From Leptospiraceae bacterium (GTDB lineage: Bacteria; Spirochaetota; Leptospiria; Leptospirales; Leptonemataceae), in contig JAVJNR010000005.1 of assembly GCA_040217195.1 (NCBI GenBank), positions 32,001 to 96,000 of the forward strand: DNA of 64,000 nt, written 5' to 3'. The translations under genes were made by a program, and so were the position numbers. The notes below the pieces were generated by a model. The model ran no database searches, had not been told where the DNA came from, and was given only the letters and a program-made list of their open reading frames with translations. Numbering within the stretch: the first letter of the stretch is position 1; every line of letters starts with the position of its first letter. This document shows positions 60,719-64,000 of the stretch, piece by piece.

Positions 60719-61393
60719 ATGGGTACGTCCCTCTGGGCGTGGATGGATTCCATGAAATTGAAACATTACCTTCTTCTGTCCTTTCTTTCACTGATCTTCA
60801 TAACTCCGCTATTCTCCCGGACCCAGTTTAAAATCCGGGAGCAATCCTTCGAAAATACAAGGCTGGGCCCGGTGCTGGCTCGGGCTGCTTACATGCAGAC
60901 CTATGAGTACCATATTCAGGATCCGATATTTACCCGGGACTATGAAAAACTGACTCTGTGGATTAGCTTCCGGGGCGATCTTCGTTTCTTCGCAATATTT
61001 GATAAAGAGGGCCCGCTTGTAGTTGGCATTCGCTCCCATAGACCAGATGCACTGAATCTAGATAAGGAATTATTGCGAGAGTTTGTGGCATTCGATTTGC
61101 AGCTTTCAGATCGAAAGTTCCTTAAGAGCTTTCTTCTACGCGAACCGGTTCAAACGGATGGAAACGATTCCGGGGCTCTGGAGAAGTCTAATTGCTCCAT
61201 GCAAAGTCAGTGGGCCCCACCGGAGAATAATCTAACGGATGCTAACTTCAGACACCCAGAAGAAGCAGGTTCGAATCCAGAGAATTCGGGAACCGGATGT
61301 CCCCTGCCTTCGACGATGAAATACTGGCTAGAGTTCATTCGAAACACCACCCTTCCAGAAGAAAACTTGGATAAATCGGCCAAACCCGCATAG
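60719..61393 (+). CDS. Exported hypothetical protein (alternative start 60752)
   Basis: MKLKHYLLLSFLSLIFITPLFS signal peptide. Confidence 0.65.
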   Translation: MGTSLWAWMDSMKLKHYLLLSFLSLIFITPLFSRTQFKIREQSFENTRLGPVLARAAYMQTYEYHIQDPIFTRDYEKLTLWISFRGDLRFFAIFDKEGPLVVGIRSHRPDALNLDKELLREFVAFDLQLSDRKFLKSFLLREPVQTDGNDSGALEKSNCSMQSQWAPPENNLTDANFRHPEEAGSNPENSGTGCPLPSTMKYWLEFIRNTTLPEENLDKSAKPA

Positions 61394-61498
61394 CCGATTA
61401 AGCTAATTCCCGTTGCAGCTAGTTGCGAAGAATTGTTTTTGTCTTGACTTCGCGTAAATATCCGCTCCAATCCTCGGCACCAATCTGAGGAGAAATAT

Positions 61499-61861
61499 AT
61501 GAAAATTCTGAAACTGCTGCCCGTGGCAGCTCTACTTGCTGTTGTGGCCTGCGGACCTGATCCGATCCAGATCACCTGCGATCAATCAGTAAAAAGTCTG
61601 AAAAACACCGTGGAAGGTAAAACTTCTTTCGTAGTGTCCTGCCCTTCTGCCTGTGGAGAGCGTTCCGTCTGGGGCACAGATGTCTATACAACTGACTCTT
61701 CTATCTGTACTGCTGCTCGTCATGCTGGTGTAATCGATACCGATGGTGGCAAAGTTGAAGTAGAAGTGACTGCCGGGCAGGATTCTTACTCTGGTTCCGA
61801 ACGAAACGGTGTAAGCACTGGAAGCTGGAACAGCTATCCAGGAAGCTTCACAGTTAAGTAA
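61499..61861 (+). CDS. LCCL-domain lipoprotein
   Basis: Lipobox VVAC; CP..C...VWGTDVYTTDSSICTAARHAG and Y.GS.RNGV.T; GAGGAG RBS. Confidence 0.92.
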   Translation: MKILKLLPVAALLAVVACGPDPIQITCDQSVKSLKNTVEGKTSFVVSCPSACGERSVWGTDVYTTDSSICTAARHAGVIDTDGGKVEVEVTAGQDSYSGSERNGVSTGSWNSYPGSFTVK

Positions 61862-61872
61862 TTTCTATGATG

Positions 61873-61906
61873 GTTTGTCGCCCGTTTTCAAATCCGGGCG
61901 ACAAAC
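61873..61906. terminator. Hairpin between convergent genes (bidirectional terminator)
   Basis: Perfect 12-bp stem GTTTGTCGCCCG-10 nt-CGGGCGACAAAC. Confidence 0.75.
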
Positions 61907-61907
61907 T

Positions 61908-63989
61908 TTATCCTGCAGTCTTTGGCCTGGAATGGCTGGATAAACGTTCGCTTACCAGATTGGCCGGTTCCGGCCTGGCCAGAAAGAATCCCTGAGCCAT
62001 ATGACATCCTTCCCTTTTCAGAAATGCAAGTTGTTCCGGAGTTTCCACTCCTTCAGCTATGACCTTTAGCTCAAGAGTTCGCGCCATAGCGATGATGGTA
62101 CGAATAATGGAATCGCTTTCATCACTTCCAATTTCTTCAACAAAGCTACGATCTATCTTTACTACATGCACCGGTAGTCTTCTCAGATAATTCAAAGAGG
62201 AGTAACCAGTACCAAAATCATCTATCATCAGTTCAATACCAAGCTGCCCCATGGAATGAAGCAGCGGATCCATTGCCTGAATGTTTTTCATTAGAGCTGT
62301 TTCGGTTAATTCCAGAGAGATATCGAAGCCAGACAGAGAGGCCTCTGATAGTAACCTCTGAAGCTCGGGAATGAATTGATTATTCTCCAGTTGCCTGGAG
62401 CTCATATTCAAGGCCAAACGTCCGGAAAATAGCCCCTTTTTTCTCCATTCGGCCAGTTGTTCAATTCCAGATCGCATAGTCCAGAAATCCAGATCACGGA
62501 TGGATCCAGTTTCTTCTGCCAGAGGAATAAATTGAGCTGGTGATACATTACCAAGCTGAGAATTATTCCAGCGCATGAGTGCTTCCAGGCCGGATATTTC
62601 GTCTGTTCGCAAATCGAAAACCGGTTGATAGTGCAACGAAAGCTCCTGTTTATCTGCAGCCTGCCGTAGTTCTGTATCCATTAGGAGCCTGGTCTGGATT
62701 TCAGTTTCCATCACTTGTTCGAATCTGCAGTAGTTGTTACGACCGCGAGCTTTTGCCTTGTACATGGCTGCATCTGCATTCTTGATCAGTTGATGCATGT
62801 TTTCCCCATCTCCGGGATAGAAGCAAAGCCCAATACTTGCAGAAAGATAAAGATCGTGGCCATCAACATTGATGGGTTCGCGAAACAAATCCAGCACTTC
62901 GGCCGCATGTGCAAAAGCCTGGTCTTCTTCCTGGACCGAATATACCATCATGAATTCATCCCCACCCAGCCTGGCCAGAAAGGCATGATCGGAAATTTGA
63001 TCCAGGAAACTACGGGCTACTCTGGTTAGCAGTCGGTCTCCTACATCATGCCCCAGAGTATCATTTATGTTTTTGAAATGATCCAAATCCACAAATAGAA
63101 GTGCTTTTTTCTCCGCCTGTTCCTTTTCCAGAATGTCCGTAAGGTGGGCATACAGTGCTTCTCGGTTGGGCAACCCTGTAAGCAAATCCGTATAGGCCAT
63201 GGACCGCAGCTTTTGTTCTGCTTCAATTCGCTCGGAAATATCCGAACTGATCATAATGATCCTTTCTTTCTCGTGGTACTCTAAAATGCCAATGCGAGTA
63301 TTATACCAGGCTATCTCCCCATTGGCGTTGTAGCCTCGAATATCGTATGTAAAGGGCTTTCGCTCAGTAATGATTCGGTCAATCGCCCAGGTTAGGCGGC
63401 TTCGGTCTTCCTCGGGCACAAAGTCTCTACAATCTCGGCCCAGAACCGAACCCATATCGTATCCAGCCGTTACTGCATTTACGTAATGGATCTTGCCATC
63501 CAGATCCAGCAAGAGTACAATGCTAGGTTGATTCTCAAGAATGAAGCGTAGTTGCTCTTCGCTTTTCTGTAAGCTCCTGGACTGGTTTCGCGATTGAGTA
63601 ACATCAAAAAAGGACACCACTGCACCGCGACGATCGGAACCGTCTTCAGAGAATGGAATGGAATTTACTGCAATCCACCGAAGTTCATTTTCCGGCGTTG
63701 TGACCCCCAGGATGGTTCCATGCTGGGGCTCCCCGGTTCGCATGGATACCGACGATGGGTGCTCTTCGCCCGTCATGGGCTCCCCTTCGCTGTTTACAAT
63801 CCTCCACTGGGGGTCCATGGATGTCTTTCCAAGCAGTTGATCCTCGGTGAGTCCCAGTATCTCCAGAGCACTATGATTGTAGGAAACGATCACTCCCTCG
63901 GAATTATGAACAACTATACCTTCAGCCAGGATGCTATAGATTCTTTGCAGTGTAGACTGAGCTATTTTTTGTTCTGTGATATCTACCAC
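61908..63989 (-). CDS. PAS-PAS-GGDEF-EAL diguanylate cyclase/phosphodiesterase
   Basis: D.LTGLPNR, DLDHFK.IND.LGH..GD, RLGGDEF, EALMRW, DDFGTGYSSL and AEGVET are all intact; no RxxD I-site. Confidence 0.95.
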   Translation of the reverse strand: MVDITEQKIAQSTLQRIYSILAEGIVVHNSEGVIVSYNHSALEILGLTEDQLLGKTSMDPQWRIVNSEGEPMTGEEHPSSVSMRTGEPQHGTILGVTTPENELRWIAVNSIPFSEDGSDRRGAVVSFFDVTQSRNQSRSLQKSEEQLRFILENQPSIVLLLDLDGKIHYVNAVTAGYDMGSVLGRDCRDFVPEEDRSRLTWAIDRIITERKPFTYDIRGYNANGEIAWYNTRIGILEYHEKERIIMISSDISERIEAEQKLRSMAYTDLLTGLPNREALYAHLTDILEKEQAEKKALLFVDLDHFKNINDTLGHDVGDRLLTRVARSFLDQISDHAFLARLGGDEFMMVYSVQEEDQAFAHAAEVLDLFREPINVDGHDLYLSASIGLCFYPGDGENMHQLIKNADAAMYKAKARGRNNYCRFEQVMETEIQTRLLMDTELRQAADKQELSLHYQPVFDLRTDEISGLEALMRWNNSQLGNVSPAQFIPLAEETGSIRDLDFWTMRSGIEQLAEWRKKGLFSGRLALNMSSRQLENNQFIPELQRLLSEASLSGFDISLELTETALMKNIQAMDPLLHSMGQLGIELMIDDFGTGYSSLNYLRRLPVHVVKIDRSFVEEIGSDESDSIIRTIIAMARTLELKVIAEGVETPEQLAFLKREGCHMAQGFFLARPEPANLVSERLSSHSRPKTAG

Positions 63990-64000
63990 TACCCCGGCCA

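Overview
Core-chromosome window from a spirochete, most likely Leptospiraceae. The taxonomy is inferred from the DUF1554 lipoprotein, the FapA cluster, the hrcA-grpE-dnaK-dnaJ-oxidoreductase order and the general gene content; it has not been checked by search. Recognisable content: heat-shock operon with a CIRCE operator; SrkA kinase; lipocalin; YgjP-type metalloprotease; an aspartate ammonia-lyase fused to an N-terminal cNMP-binding domain; a two-domain hemerythrin; a CBS protein; a His-rich membrane protein running in frame into YceI; a flagellar rod gene divergent from an ATP-grasp and two methyltransferases; gmk-miaA-hfq-SPFH-like-manC followed by a 31-aa bS22-type ribosomal protein missed by the ORF track; cheR and fapA; thrC; two acidic proteins carrying short repeated helical motifs; a decaying REC-PAS-kinase duplication; a full F1Fo ATP synthase operon; lepB; an LCCL lipoprotein; and a PAS-PAS-GGDEF-EAL protein. 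I saw no rRNA, tRNA, CRISPR array, IS or prophage. Best leads: the pair of repeat-bearing disordered proteins (candidate scaffold/signalling hub), the cNMP-AspA fusion and its neighbours, a 7-bp duplication that frameshifts a HATPase-like gene, the cytochrome-b-like/YceI read-through, and several structured or GGA-repeat intergenic RNA candidates. All family assignments are by eye from motifs; no searches were run.
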